This document shows positions 6,924-15,826 of a stretch of 64,000 nucleotides of DNA, one piece after another (the stretch's first letter is position 1; each line of letters begins with the position of its first letter). Source of the DNA: an uncultured virus (IMG/VR IMGVR_UViG_3300034279_000522) (taxonomy: Duplodnaviria; Heunggongvirae; Uroviricota; Caudoviricetes); the IMG/VR virus record IMGVR_UViG_3300034279_000522. One strand, 5' to 3'. The notes below the pieces were generated by a model. It worked only from the letters and a program-made list of their open reading frames with translations. It did not search any database and had not been told where the DNA came from. Both the position numbers and the translations under genes were made by a program.

Positions 6924-9588
6924 ATCCGAAAGATCTTTTATTCTGGAACCTTTGCCAACTACTGTCTTCAGTTCTGACCGTATCCATCGGTAGAGATCCG
7001 CTACCATTATTTTGTTGCGGTGCAGCAGGTTGTTGAATTACAGTTGGTGGTGGAACATTAATAACTGGCGCAGTATCTTCTCTAGCACTATCTGTCATTT
7101 CTTTTAAATTCGCCGCAGCAGTATTATTCCCAGTTTCCAAATTGCTCTTGGTAATTTGATTAGTTTTAATTGAACCTGCTGTATTAGGTGTGAATAATTC
7201 TGGTCCATTTTCACCAACCAGATATGAACCCTTGGCAGATACTGGACCACCTTCTGCTCTCGCTCCGTCGACGGATTCAGTTGAACCCTCTGTTGAGTCT
7301 TCATTACCTGCTCTGGAAATATCTCTTGCTGCAAGACCAGCGTCAATTGCAAATGACGCAGCAGTTCCCGCTCCAGGAACAGTAGAGGCGACACCCGACG
7401 CTACTTCACCTGCAGCGCCAACGAAGTCTCCTTGTAGTGCACGCATGGCACCAAACCCAAGACCAGCAATTGCACCAATAATTGGAATCTTTTTCAGTAG
7501 AGATTTACCAACTGCCTTTGCGCCTATTTTAGCAGCACCCTTTGTAGCAATCTTGCCACCAACTTTAGACATTCCCTTTTCTGCGACCTTGCTGATAGCA
7601 CCTTTTGCTTTACTGAGCATGCCCATACCACTCTCAGCAATTTTACCAGCGGTGGCACCCTTTGCGGTGTTTTTGCCGATAAATTGAGATGCTTTATTAA
7701 ACATCCCTTTACCGCTTTCACTAACTCCCGCAATACGATCTCGCATCACTTTACCAATTCGAGACTGCTTAGCAGCACCAGCAAGAGGTCTACCATTCTT
7801 GTCTAATAATTGTTCTGCTCGTAAACCTCTGTTTTTAACAAGGTCAGTCGCCTTTGTTCTCAGAGTATTTGCAGTTCCCCTTACTCGATCAACAGCACCA
7901 TCTACTGCATTGGTGCCTCTCTCGAATACACCACCTGCTTTTGCACCAAAGTTGGAGAGACGACTAGAGTATCTTTGATTTTCTAGTTTTTTAAATAGAC
8001 CCTGACCGCCAGCTTTGAACCCAGCATACCCAGCAGCGATCCCGCCAAACAGAGATCCTCCACCTTCATCTTGCTCACCGTTACCAGTTGTAGGAGTTTC
8101 TGGTGTGACTCTAGTGTTTGCAGATTCTGTTCCGCCGATAACTACTTTCGGGGTAGATTGTTCTTTCGCTTCTACTGTTGCAGATGCCTTTTCGGCGTTT
8201 TGTTTATCAATATTTTCAGCACGTTTTTGGGCGTCTGCAGATGCTTGTTCTGCTTCTGCCTGTGCTATTTTGTTGCGAGTCATTACATCTTTTACGCTGG
8301 AACTTGGGTCTAACTGTTTTTTGCCAGAAGGTGCAACACCAGCACGTTTGAATAACTTATCTTTAATCTCTGTGATGAGTTGTTTGATTTCAGTTAAGAT
8401 AGATGCAACATCATTCTTATCTCCTACTACAACTCCACCTTTTGCAGATTGAATCTTTACCTTTGGTTGTATAGATTCTTTGTGTTTTGCTTCCAGAGTT
8501 TTATTAATCTCTTCCATTGAAACAGGTTTACCATCTTTTCTATACGAGAAATCTTTCTCGGAAGATGGTTTGATGCCTTGCTGCTCTAAAATCTTCTTTT
8601 GTTCTTCAGTAAGATTTACCATTTTATCTACAGATGTAAATTCTGCAACAGATTGACTTGCAGACTGATTCGTTTCTGTTGCGGTGTCATTTGACGAAGA
8701 CTGACTGGTCGTCGTTGACTTATTAACGTCATTGGCAGACTGATTGGTCGTCGTTGACTTATTAACGTCATTGGTTGACTGACTGGTCGTCGTTGAATTA
8801 TTATTGGTAGACTTATTGGTTTCTGTTTTGCTACCGATTGCCTCAGAAAACATTTTCTTTAAACGTTCTACTTCTGAAAGTCTTTCATTCGATTGATTGG
8901 TTTCATTACGAATTTCTTCGCGACGGGATTCTTGAGATTTGAATATGCTCCCAAGAACTCCGCTCTGCGGCGTCAATCCTTTCTTGAATCCGCCCATGAA
9001 TTCGCTGCCAGCGTTTTTGAAACCTTCTCTGAATCCTTTAGTTGGCGTGCCTTCTCTTCCAGGTTCTTTTGAGTTTCCAAACAATTCTTGTTTCAGACGA
9101 TTGACGAATGTGTCGTCTTTACCTTCTAGTGTTAATCCTTCTGCCTTGAAGCGTTCGCCTAGAGCTTGCTGTTGTAACTCTTTACCAATTTCACCAAGTT
9201 GTCCTGGACCACCACTTTCGCTTCTAGCAATCATTTTTGATGCAAGGTCATTGATGTCTTTGAGTGATTTCTTAAACTCGTCGACCGTCTTGAATTGCAA
9301 TTTTGTAATTGCATCCAACGTATCCTCCATGAGTTTCTTGTCTTGGGATTCCATTGTGCGGATTACATCAGATGTATTCCTTTCGATAGATTGAATAAAA
9401 CTATTTACCAATCTTGCAGATGCTTCCTTATCAGCAGGTCTATTCTTATTAAGATCTAGAACCTTGCGAACTTCAGAGAACAATTTGTCCTTTTCTTCAG
9501 ATTGCATTGGTTTTTCACCAGAACTCGAAGTGTTCTTGGCGGTTTCTATTACCCTCGCAAATCTTTCTGATGCGGACTTGGTTTCCAT
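6922..9588 (-). CDS. Putative tape measure / baseplate hub subunit (gp29-like)
   Basis: 888 aa, helical, with G/A/K-rich amphipathic segments, KKIPIIGAIAGLGFG hydrophobic stretch and RAEGGPV...YLVGENGPELF motif seen in phage tail-length proteins; directly after gp26/gp51. Confidence 0.65.
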   Translation of the reverse strand: METKSASERFARVIETAKNTSSSGEKPMQSEEKDKLFSEVRKVLDLNKNRPADKEASARLVNSFIQSIERNTSDVIRTMESQDKKLMEDTLDAITKLQFKTVDEFKKSLKDINDLASKMIARSESGGPGQLGEIGKELQQQALGERFKAEGLTLEGKDDTFVNRLKQELFGNSKEPGREGTPTKGFREGFKNAGSEFMGGFKKGLTPQSGVLGSIFKSQESRREEIRNETNQSNERLSEVERLKKMFSEAIGSKTETNKSTNNNSTTTSQSTNDVNKSTTTNQSANDVNKSTTTSQSSSNDTATETNQSASQSVAEFTSVDKMVNLTEEQKKILEQQGIKPSSEKDFSYRKDGKPVSMEEINKTLEAKHKESIQPKVKIQSAKGGVVVGDKNDVASILTEIKQLITEIKDKLFKRAGVAPSGKKQLDPSSSVKDVMTRNKIAQAEAEQASADAQKRAENIDKQNAEKASATVEAKEQSTPKVVIGGTESANTRVTPETPTTGNGEQDEGGGSLFGGIAAGYAGFKAGGQGLFKKLENQRYSSRLSNFGAKAGGVFERGTNAVDGAVDRVRGTANTLRTKATDLVKNRGLRAEQLLDKNGRPLAGAAKQSRIGKVMRDRIAGVSESGKGMFNKASQFIGKNTAKGATAGKIAESGMGMLSKAKGAISKVAEKGMSKVGGKIATKGAAKIGAKAVGKSLLKKIPIIGAIAGLGFGAMRALQGDFVGAAGEVASGVASTVPGAGTAASFAIDAGLAARDISRAGNEDSTEGSTESVDGARAEGGPVSAKGSYLVGENGPELFTPNTAGSIKTNQITKSNLETGNNTAAANLKEMTDSAREDTAPVINVPPPTVIQQPAAPQQNNGSGSLPMDTVRTEDSSWQRFQNKRSFG
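8699..8796 (-). repeat. 39-bp in-frame tandem repeat (about 2.5 copies, 13-aa unit like STTTSQSTNDVNK)
   Basis: gactgaYtggtcgtcgttgacttattaacgtcattgg at 8699 and 8738, partial copy at 8777. Confidence 0.9.
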
Positions 9589-9746
9589 TATTGTTGCTGC
9601 CTTTGCTTATCTGCTTTTTCTTTTAAGTGCATTGCCAATAAACCAACATAAACTTCCCTTTCCCAAGGAATCATATTTTCAAGTTCACTTAACGAATATT
9701 TATGTTCGTGCATTAAAATAAAGTTGGTCTTATAATGATTCCTCAT
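9588..9746 (-). CDS. gp51: gp51-like baseplate hub assembly protein (52 aa from ATG; frame open back to the gp26 end)
   Basis: Manual translation (ITLSHDN)MRNHYKTNFILMHEHKYSLSELENMIPWEREVYVGLL resembles the short gp51 of cyanophage-type T4 relatives; its stop overlaps the next ATG (TAATG). Confidence 0.85.
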   Translation of the reverse strand: MRNHYKTNFILMHEHKYSLSELENMIPWEREVYVGLLAMHLKEKADKQRQQQ

Positions 9747-9776
9747 GTTGTCATGAGAAAGGGTTATTCGAAAAAA
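9739..9776 (-). other. Candidate programmed -1 ribosomal frameshift signal
   Basis: Minus-strand T TTT TTC (9776-9770) in the gp26 frame, then 9 nt, then hairpin TTTCTCATG-acaa-CATGAGGAA (9760-9739). Confidence 0.65.
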
Positions 9777-10444
9777 CTTTCTACACCGTCGAGGAAAATT
9801 ACATTATTTGTTGAACAGTTCGAGCAATCGTACTCAATCTTATGTTCGACTCTGGGCATAGAAAGAAAGAATTCTGTAATCTTCTTAAACTGTGAAGAGG
9901 TTAGATTGTCAACAAATTGCTCTACGTCTTTTCGTTGAATATCTTTAGTTGTGAAGACTTCATCTGTAGTGTAGACACTATCGATGCAAGAAACTACTAA
10001 ATCATATGTTACGGAATCGCCTCCCATATCGATCGAAGTTGGATACCGCATAATAACCCCAAGACCGTTTCCGAAATCGATTTTATTTGTATGACCCTCG
10101 GTAATGGTGGGTTTAATTGTTGTCAAGTCAAGTTCCGCTGCAGTCTTATGACCGCACTCACCACATACCAAATTAAACTCGGTAATCTGACCAATAGATT
10201 CAGAGCGAAGTTTAATGAAGATATTTTGGAGTTCAAAGAACGGGAGATCTTTGCCTACCAATTTACCGAAACTACAAACGTCGACAATTTCTTGCATCAC
10301 GTTTAACATTTCAGATTGATCTTCAGATTCTGATGCCATGATCAGCAACTTTTCTTCTCTAACTAAGAATGGTCTGAATTTAACTCGCTCTTTACTTCCA
10401 ATCATTTCAACGTAAAACGTTGGTGTTTCCATAACAGGTAACAT
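9764..10444 (-). CDS. gp26: gp26-like baseplate hub protein
   Basis: VKFRPFLVREEKLL, FIKLRSESIG, two CxxC motifs, MRYP, FFLSMP, ends ESFFE; AGGAG RBS. Confidence 0.88.
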   Translation of the reverse strand: MLPVMETPTFYVEMIGSKERVKFRPFLVREEKLLIMASESEDQSEMLNVMQEIVDVCSFGKLVGKDLPFFELQNIFIKLRSESIGQITEFNLVCGECGHKTAAELDLTTIKPTITEGHTNKIDFGNGLGVIMRYPTSIDMGGDSVTYDLVVSCIDSVYTTDEVFTTKDIQRKDVEQFVDNLTSSQFKKITEFFLSMPRVEHKIEYDCSNCSTNNVIFLDGVESFFE

Positions 10445-10461
10445 AATATTCTCCTAATAAT

Positions 10462-11166
10462 TTATCCGAGGGGTTGCCCTCTGTCCGCATATGTATCGCC
10501 AGCCAGTCCACCAAGCACATTTTCCATTCTTGATCCGACATTTTGCTGCAGTCTCCAATTTCTAAATGTAAAGGTTATTGGCAGTCTAACGAATTGTGTA
10601 TTGGACCATGCTAATGAAACAGGTGCCATTGCTCTAGGCCATGCTTCTTCCATGATCCATGTTTGTGTTACTTGGTCGTTTTGATCCAGTGAATTTAAAA
10701 CGATTTGACACGTATAATCCTCATAATATCCAACATATCGTTTCTCAGGATTTACGATCTTGCGCATCCATGTGTCGAAGTATTTCTTTACTTTCCAGTC
10801 TTTATCACAAAGGAAAGTAAATGTTGCAGATTCGCCAGTATAGTCTAGAAAAGTTGCTCGATTCTCGACACGGTTATTATACTTGAATGGTTTTGAACCC
10901 ATCACTAATCCAGGAAAGATTGCTTCTTCGCACATTAGTGATGTATAAGCAGTGTTATTATTTTCGGGAGTGTTTTTCTGTCCCAGAAGAAATTCTGATG
11001 CTTCTGGAACTCCAGGAATATTTAGAAGTGCATTGGTAATGCTATTTTCCAAACCATTCATACATTTCGGTGTGCCGAGAATTACTTCGAATCTGTGTGA
11101 ACGTGCTAAGTCCTTTGCACCCACTTCTGCGAGAAATTCTTGTATCCCGTTGCCTGCCGCTGCCAT
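10462..11166 (-). CDS. Tail-tube-fold protein (gp54/gp19-like tube initiator)
   Basis: LARSHRFEV, YFDTWMRKI, EAWP...LAW...ITFTFRNW resembles the gp19 fold; located between gp2 and gp26. Confidence 0.7.
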   Translation of the reverse strand: MAAAGNGIQEFLAEVGAKDLARSHRFEVILGTPKCMNGLENSITNALLNIPGVPEASEFLLGQKNTPENNNTAYTSLMCEEAIFPGLVMGSKPFKYNNRVENRATFLDYTGESATFTFLCDKDWKVKKYFDTWMRKIVNPEKRYVGYYEDYTCQIVLNSLDQNDQVTQTWIMEEAWPRAMAPVSLAWSNTQFVRLPITFTFRNWRLQQNVGSRMENVLGGLAGDTYADRGQPLG

Positions 11167-11738
11167 TAGTATTTACTCCTCGAGTCTCTGAATACTTCTT
11201 CTTTTGTTTTTTTCTGGAATGCTTCAAGGGGTAAAAATATGGCACTTTTCCAGTCGATGGGATTTATCTTCATAAATCTTGATTGCACATGAGTTGTCAA
11301 ATAATGCTTGATGCAAGGTTTAACCTCATTTGCAGTGCTAATGCTCTGTAACATTTGATACGACATTTGAATTTTGGTAGTGGGACTAAATGTTTTTGAA
11401 TTTGTGTAATCAAGCAACTCGCCTAGAATCTTTCCTCTTACCAGATATGGTGCGTAGTGCAGATTGATACCATAAAACCCTCCAGGTGCTGGACCGAATG
11501 GCAGCACTAACGGGAAGGCATCATAGAATGGTAATTCGTTTTTCCATTTTGGATCGTAATAGTACATATACATCGAACCGATTTCGATGTTTGACTTTAG
11601 TTCTCCAATATCAGATTGCATTGCTGTATTCGGCGATAAACTCGCGCCGACTAATTTTTGAGCATTGCGCATATACCACCAGATAGACTTTTGTCCATCC
11701 CCAGCTTTAGCACGAAGGTTTTCGAAAGGATTTGCCAT
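11166..11738 (-). CDS. gp2: DNA end protector gp2
   Basis: MYMYYYDPKWKNELPFYDAFPLV, GINLHY, PCIKHYL. Confidence 0.9.
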   Translation of the reverse strand: MANPFENLRAKAGDGQKSIWWYMRNAQKLVGASLSPNTAMQSDIGELKSNIEIGSMYMYYYDPKWKNELPFYDAFPLVLPFGPAPGGFYGINLHYAPYLVRGKILGELLDYTNSKTFSPTTKIQMSYQMLQSISTANEVKPCIKHYLTTHVQSRFMKINPIDWKSAIFLPLEAFQKKTKEEVFRDSRSKY

Positions 11739-11743
11739 AATAA

Positions 11744-12187
11744 CTATTTATTCGTTATTCCCAATTCTTTTTCAGTTAATATCAGGAATTTCCATTTTCT
11801 ATCTAAACAGAATTCAGTTGCTGCTTTCCACTTTGCTTGATTCACACCCCAATTCATTACTTCTTGGAGAAACTGTTTTGTTCTTCGTTTTGGGATTTTG
11901 GGTTCCTGCGTAAACTTAGCAGGTTTAATTTCTATCAAGTAACGTTGATCATTGACTTTAATATAGAAGTCGACGAAGTATCTATGGACTCTTCCATCAA
12001 CAGGAGATCTATATGGTATTGCAAGTTCTTCTGAACCCCACTCCGAAACATTATCATTCGCATCACACCATTTCATAAACTTTAGTTCGTAACTAGAACG
12101 GAAGATGATGTTGCTCGGATCCCCGATATACTTATTGGGTTTCTGTATATTATATCTGCCTTTGAGTGAATCTTTTGAATAAACCAT
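11744..12187 (-). CDS. gp4: Head completion nuclease gp4 (TnsA-like)
   Basis: KYIGDPSNIIFRSSYELKFMKWCD, WGSEE, HRYFVDF, IEIKP, NQAKW; start set at the internal ATG 12187. Confidence 0.9.
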   Translation of the reverse strand: MVYSKDSLKGRYNIQKPNKYIGDPSNIIFRSSYELKFMKWCDANDNVSEWGSEELAIPYRSPVDGRVHRYFVDFYIKVNDQRYLIEIKPAKFTQEPKIPKRRTKQFLQEVMNWGVNQAKWKAATEFCLDRKWKFLILTEKELGITNK

Positions 12188-12225
12188 ATAAATATAAGAA
12201 AATACCAATCTAAGGGATATTTATT
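12187..12225. promoter_or_regulatory. Overlapping divergent T4-type late promoters
   Basis: TATAAATA on + at 12187-12194 (toward gp48) and AATAAATA on - at 12225-12218 (toward gp4). Confidence 0.6.
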
Positions 12226-12226
12226 C

Positions 12227-13339
12227 GTGTCGCAAATCAAATTTACGCCAAAAGATGATGCGAGAGAAGCGCACATTCAAAAATATGGAATCGATAGTGG
12301 CAGTGCGCTTCGGTATCCACTTGATGTAGAAACGCAATCCCCGCATTATGTTGTCTTTTATCCATTGGTAAGAGAAGGTTCTCGTCTTGGTGAATCGTTC
12401 AAGAACAATGGTGGACAGGTCTTTGATAAAAGTCAGCAAAATACACAACAACCAAAAAATGCCACTGCTCAAACTGCTGCTCTAGGTGCAGGTATTGGTG
12501 CTGGTCTTGGCATCGCAGAACAGTTGACTAATGGTGGCGGTAAAAATGCTGGTGGCGTTAGTCTTTTGGGTCGCCTTGGTAGCGTTGCAGCAAAAACTTT
12601 AGGTGGTGGACTTGTTGGTGGTGCCATCGGAGCATTGTCAGGTAATCAGGAACTATATACAGGTGCTGGTGCCATTGCTCTACAGATGCCTGAAAATAAA
12701 ATGTCTGCAGGATATCGAGCAACTTGGAAAGAAGGTGAAATGGGCACATTGCTCGGTGCGATCGGTGCTGGTAACCAGTCTCTCTTGGGTGCAATGAATC
12801 CACTAAGTACAGATAACATGAAACTGGCATTACGTTCAGGCGGTAAAATTTCTAAAGTTTTAAGCGACAATGCGCTTGATGTTAATAAAGTGCTAGAATC
12901 CACAACTAAAACTGTGACCAACCCATACAAAGAACAATTCTTCAAATCGATGAGTAATAGATCTTTTATATTCGAATATAATTTTGCCCCAAGAAGTGAA
13001 GCAGAAGCAAAGGCGATTTTTAATCGCACAACTGGCGGAAAGGGGGATAGTATGGGAATCATTCAAAAGTTTGCATATCATATGCATCCAGAACTCAAAG
13101 ACTCTGGATACTTCTTCAACTATCCTTCAGAATTTACCATTGTATATTATCATGCAGGAAAAGAAAACCAATTTGTTCGCAAAATTTCCACTTGCGTTCT
13201 TACTAATATGACAATAGATTATGGAAGTGATACTGGATTTACTACATTCGATAATGGTATGCCAACCCATGCGACTATGCGTCTAGAATTCTTAGAACTA
13301 GAACTAATGACTGCACAAAGAGTCAATCAAGGATATTAA
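12227..13339 (+). CDS. gp48: Baseplate tail-tube cap gp48
   Basis: LRYPLD, NPYKEQFF...RSFIFEYNFAPRS..EA, CVLTNMTIDY, LEFLELE; precedes gp53. Confidence 0.85.
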   Translation: MSQIKFTPKDDAREAHIQKYGIDSGSALRYPLDVETQSPHYVVFYPLVREGSRLGESFKNNGGQVFDKSQQNTQQPKNATAQTAALGAGIGAGLGIAEQLTNGGGKNAGGVSLLGRLGSVAAKTLGGGLVGGAIGALSGNQELYTGAGAIALQMPENKMSAGYRATWKEGEMGTLLGAIGAGNQSLLGAMNPLSTDNMKLALRSGGKISKVLSDNALDVNKVLESTTKTVTNPYKEQFFKSMSNRSFIFEYNFAPRSEAEAKAIFNRTTGGKGDSMGIIQKFAYHMHPELKDSGYFFNYPSEFTIVYYHAGKENQFVRKISTCVLTNMTIDYGSDTGFTTFDNGMPTHATMRLEFLELELMTAQRVNQGY

Positions 13340-13340
13340 G

Positions 13341-13871
13341 ATGTATTTTAGACAATTTCCAGTATTAAGAGGAAAGTTCGATGGCACCTATAAGGGCATC
13401 ACAGATATTTTTCTTCGTGTAGCACCAAAAACTCCTATTAAAAATGTGGACTTTTTAGAAACAACTTACATTGAAAATGGAGAAACTCCAGAATTGCTCG
13501 CATATAAAATGTATGGAAGAGAAGATTATCATTGGGTTCTACTACTGACAAACAATATCGTTGATGTTCGCGAAGAATGGCCAAGAAAAGATAAAGATCT
13601 TTATTCGTATTGCGTAGAAAAATACGGTGAGAATAATATATACCAAGCAGTGCATCATTACAGGACTACAGATATGCTTGCATCACAAGGTGTCCCACAA
13701 GGAATTATTGTTGATTATAATTCGGCAAAAGTTCTATCGGGTGAACATGAACCAGTTTCGAACTGGGACTATGAAGTCGAGTTAAATGAGCAGAAGCGAC
13801 AAATAAAGTATATTCCAAAGAATTTAATTGGTAAGTTTGTTTCGGAATTCCAAAGATTAATTAGAGTATAA
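13341..13871 (+). CDS. gp53: Baseplate wedge gp53
   Basis: MYFRQFP, GETPELLAYKMYG...YHWVLLLTN..EWP, VHHY, YEVELNE. Confidence 0.9.
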   Translation: MYFRQFPVLRGKFDGTYKGITDIFLRVAPKTPIKNVDFLETTYIENGETPELLAYKMYGREDYHWVLLLTNNIVDVREEWPRKDKDLYSYCVEKYGENNIYQAVHHYRTTDMLASQGVPQGIIVDYNSAKVLSGEHEPVSNWDYEVELNEQKRQIKYIPKNLIGKFVSEFQRLIRV

Positions 13872-13872
13872 T

Positions 13873-15819
13873 ATGTCGGATCCAAAATCAAAACAGTTAT
13901 CAAATCCAGGTGACGTTTCTTTTAAGACTGTTGAGATTCAAAGTGTCAACGGCGAGGTTCTTGACATCAAAAATTTTATTGTCGAACTTAACATCTATGA
14001 GGATATATTTTCCAATGCACTACAGGGTGTTCTGATTGTTGTAGACTCGAAAGAACTTCTTTCTGGATTACCTCTCGTTGGAGACGAACTTTTAAATCTT
14101 TGGGTCCAAACTCCATCTTTTGGTGATGAATATGGTGAAAGTATCAAAAAGACATTTTCAATTTATTCGATTAAGAATAGAATGTTGAATGCTGACCGTG
14201 AACAAATGTATGCATTATACTTCTGTTCCATGGAAGCAGTCAGTGATAATATTACTCAAGTAAGTAAAAAGTACGAGGGTACTACCGATGAAATCGCAGA
14301 TAAACTTTATACTGATTATCTAAAGCAAAAACGTTGCTTCGGTGGAATCGATAATAAAGATGAAACTCCGATGGTCATCGCAGATACTCCACACGAGGGT
14401 AAAATTGCATTCGTTGCAAATATGTGGTCACCATTCCGTTGCCTCAATTATGTAGCGCAAAGATCTATCGGTGCTAAACAAAAATCGCCGAGTTTCTTGT
14501 TCTATGAAACTACTAGACAATTCTATTTTACTTCTATTGACAATTTGATTAAGAGTCAATTAGACGATAGTTCTGTATTTGCTGAGTATGTATATTTACA
14601 AAAACCTGTCAACCCTGAAACAAATTTGACTGGGGGAATAACTTTTGATACTTCCAAACCAGGATTGGACAAAGGTTTCAACACTGTATCTGATATTCGT
14701 TTTAATGAACAAGTAGATATTCTAAAGTCGCAGGATCAAGGAAGATTCGCCAGCACTACAACAATTTTCGATATTATGATTAAAGAAGCGACAAACGCAC
14801 CACACGATTATTCATATTCATATCCTGATATTATTCATATGGAAAATTACCGTATTGAAAATGGTAAAGCAACATTTGATGAGAAATCAAAAGATAATAT
14901 GACATATCCTGCCAACGTAACTCGTTCAGCATTGTCTAAACGTTTCTTCCGTCCTGTGCATAGAAAAGTTCTTACTACTAGTGACGATGAATTACTAGAC
15001 TATGCACCAGATAAATGGTTGGGTATGAGACAAAGCGTTCTTGAAGATATTTCTGGATTGCGTATGCATATTACAGTTCCTGGAAGAACTGACGCTGAAG
15101 TTGGTAAGATTATCAACTTTAAATATCCCAAGGTCGGAGACAGTGCAGATAAATCAGATCCAAAAAACCATTGGGATCCCTTTCTTTCTGGTGTATGGAT
15201 GATTACCGCGATTCACCACAAGATGACTCCAGTAGCACATAATATGATTTTGGAAATTGCTAAGGATTCTTTCCATACGGCATTCCAAGCAATCACACGT
15301 GCACCCGCACCAACCCCACCAGCAGCAGATGATCCTGAAGTGCAGGCAGATCAGCAAAATGGTGTATCTCCGTCATCTCCTGGACCGATCAATAAAGCAG
15401 GTTGGACTCACCCAACTGGTGGTAAGGGTAGAATTACAAGTAAAACTGGACCAAGGCAAGCACCTACCTCTGGTGCATCTACAGGACATAAAGGGTATGA
15501 TATTGGAGCACCAAAGGGTACTCCAGTTTTCGCAGTCAAAGATGGTACAGTTATTAAAGCAGGTTGGCAAAATGCAGGTAAACACTATGGTGAAGGTTCT
15601 GGATATGGTTTACGTATTACCATTGATCATGGTGGAGGTTATACATCTGTATATGCCCATGCAAACGAGGGGTCTCTCAAGGTAAAAGTGGGAGATAAGG
15701 TAAAGGCAGGACAGCAAATTATGCAGGTCAACAATACTGGAAATTCTACAGGACATCACCTACACTTCGAGATTAATTTAAACGGTAAGTTCCAAGATCC
15801 TGGACCTTACATTTCGTGA
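13873..15819 (+). CDS. Baseplate hub protein (gp27-like) with C-terminal M23 peptidase
   Basis: N-terminal IYEDIF...LPLVGDE, FLFYET, VPGR...GKII..., LSGVWMITAIHH hub motifs; Pro-rich linker; M23 motifs HKGYD, YAH, STGHHLHFE. Confidence 0.75.
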   Translation: MSDPKSKQLSNPGDVSFKTVEIQSVNGEVLDIKNFIVELNIYEDIFSNALQGVLIVVDSKELLSGLPLVGDELLNLWVQTPSFGDEYGESIKKTFSIYSIKNRMLNADREQMYALYFCSMEAVSDNITQVSKKYEGTTDEIADKLYTDYLKQKRCFGGIDNKDETPMVIADTPHEGKIAFVANMWSPFRCLNYVAQRSIGAKQKSPSFLFYETTRQFYFTSIDNLIKSQLDDSSVFAEYVYLQKPVNPETNLTGGITFDTSKPGLDKGFNTVSDIRFNEQVDILKSQDQGRFASTTTIFDIMIKEATNAPHDYSYSYPDIIHMENYRIENGKATFDEKSKDNMTYPANVTRSALSKRFFRPVHRKVLTTSDDELLDYAPDKWLGMRQSVLEDISGLRMHITVPGRTDAEVGKIINFKYPKVGDSADKSDPKNHWDPFLSGVWMITAIHHKMTPVAHNMILEIAKDSFHTAFQAITRAPAPTPPAADDPEVQADQQNGVSPSSPGPINKAGWTHPTGGKGRITSKTGPRQAPTSGASTGHKGYDIGAPKGTPVFAVKDGTVIKAGWQNAGKHYGEGSGYGLRITIDHGGGYTSVYAHANEGSLKVKVGDKVKAGQQIMQVNNTGNSTGHHLHFEINLNGKFQDPGPYIS

Positions 15820-15826
15820 GATAAAA

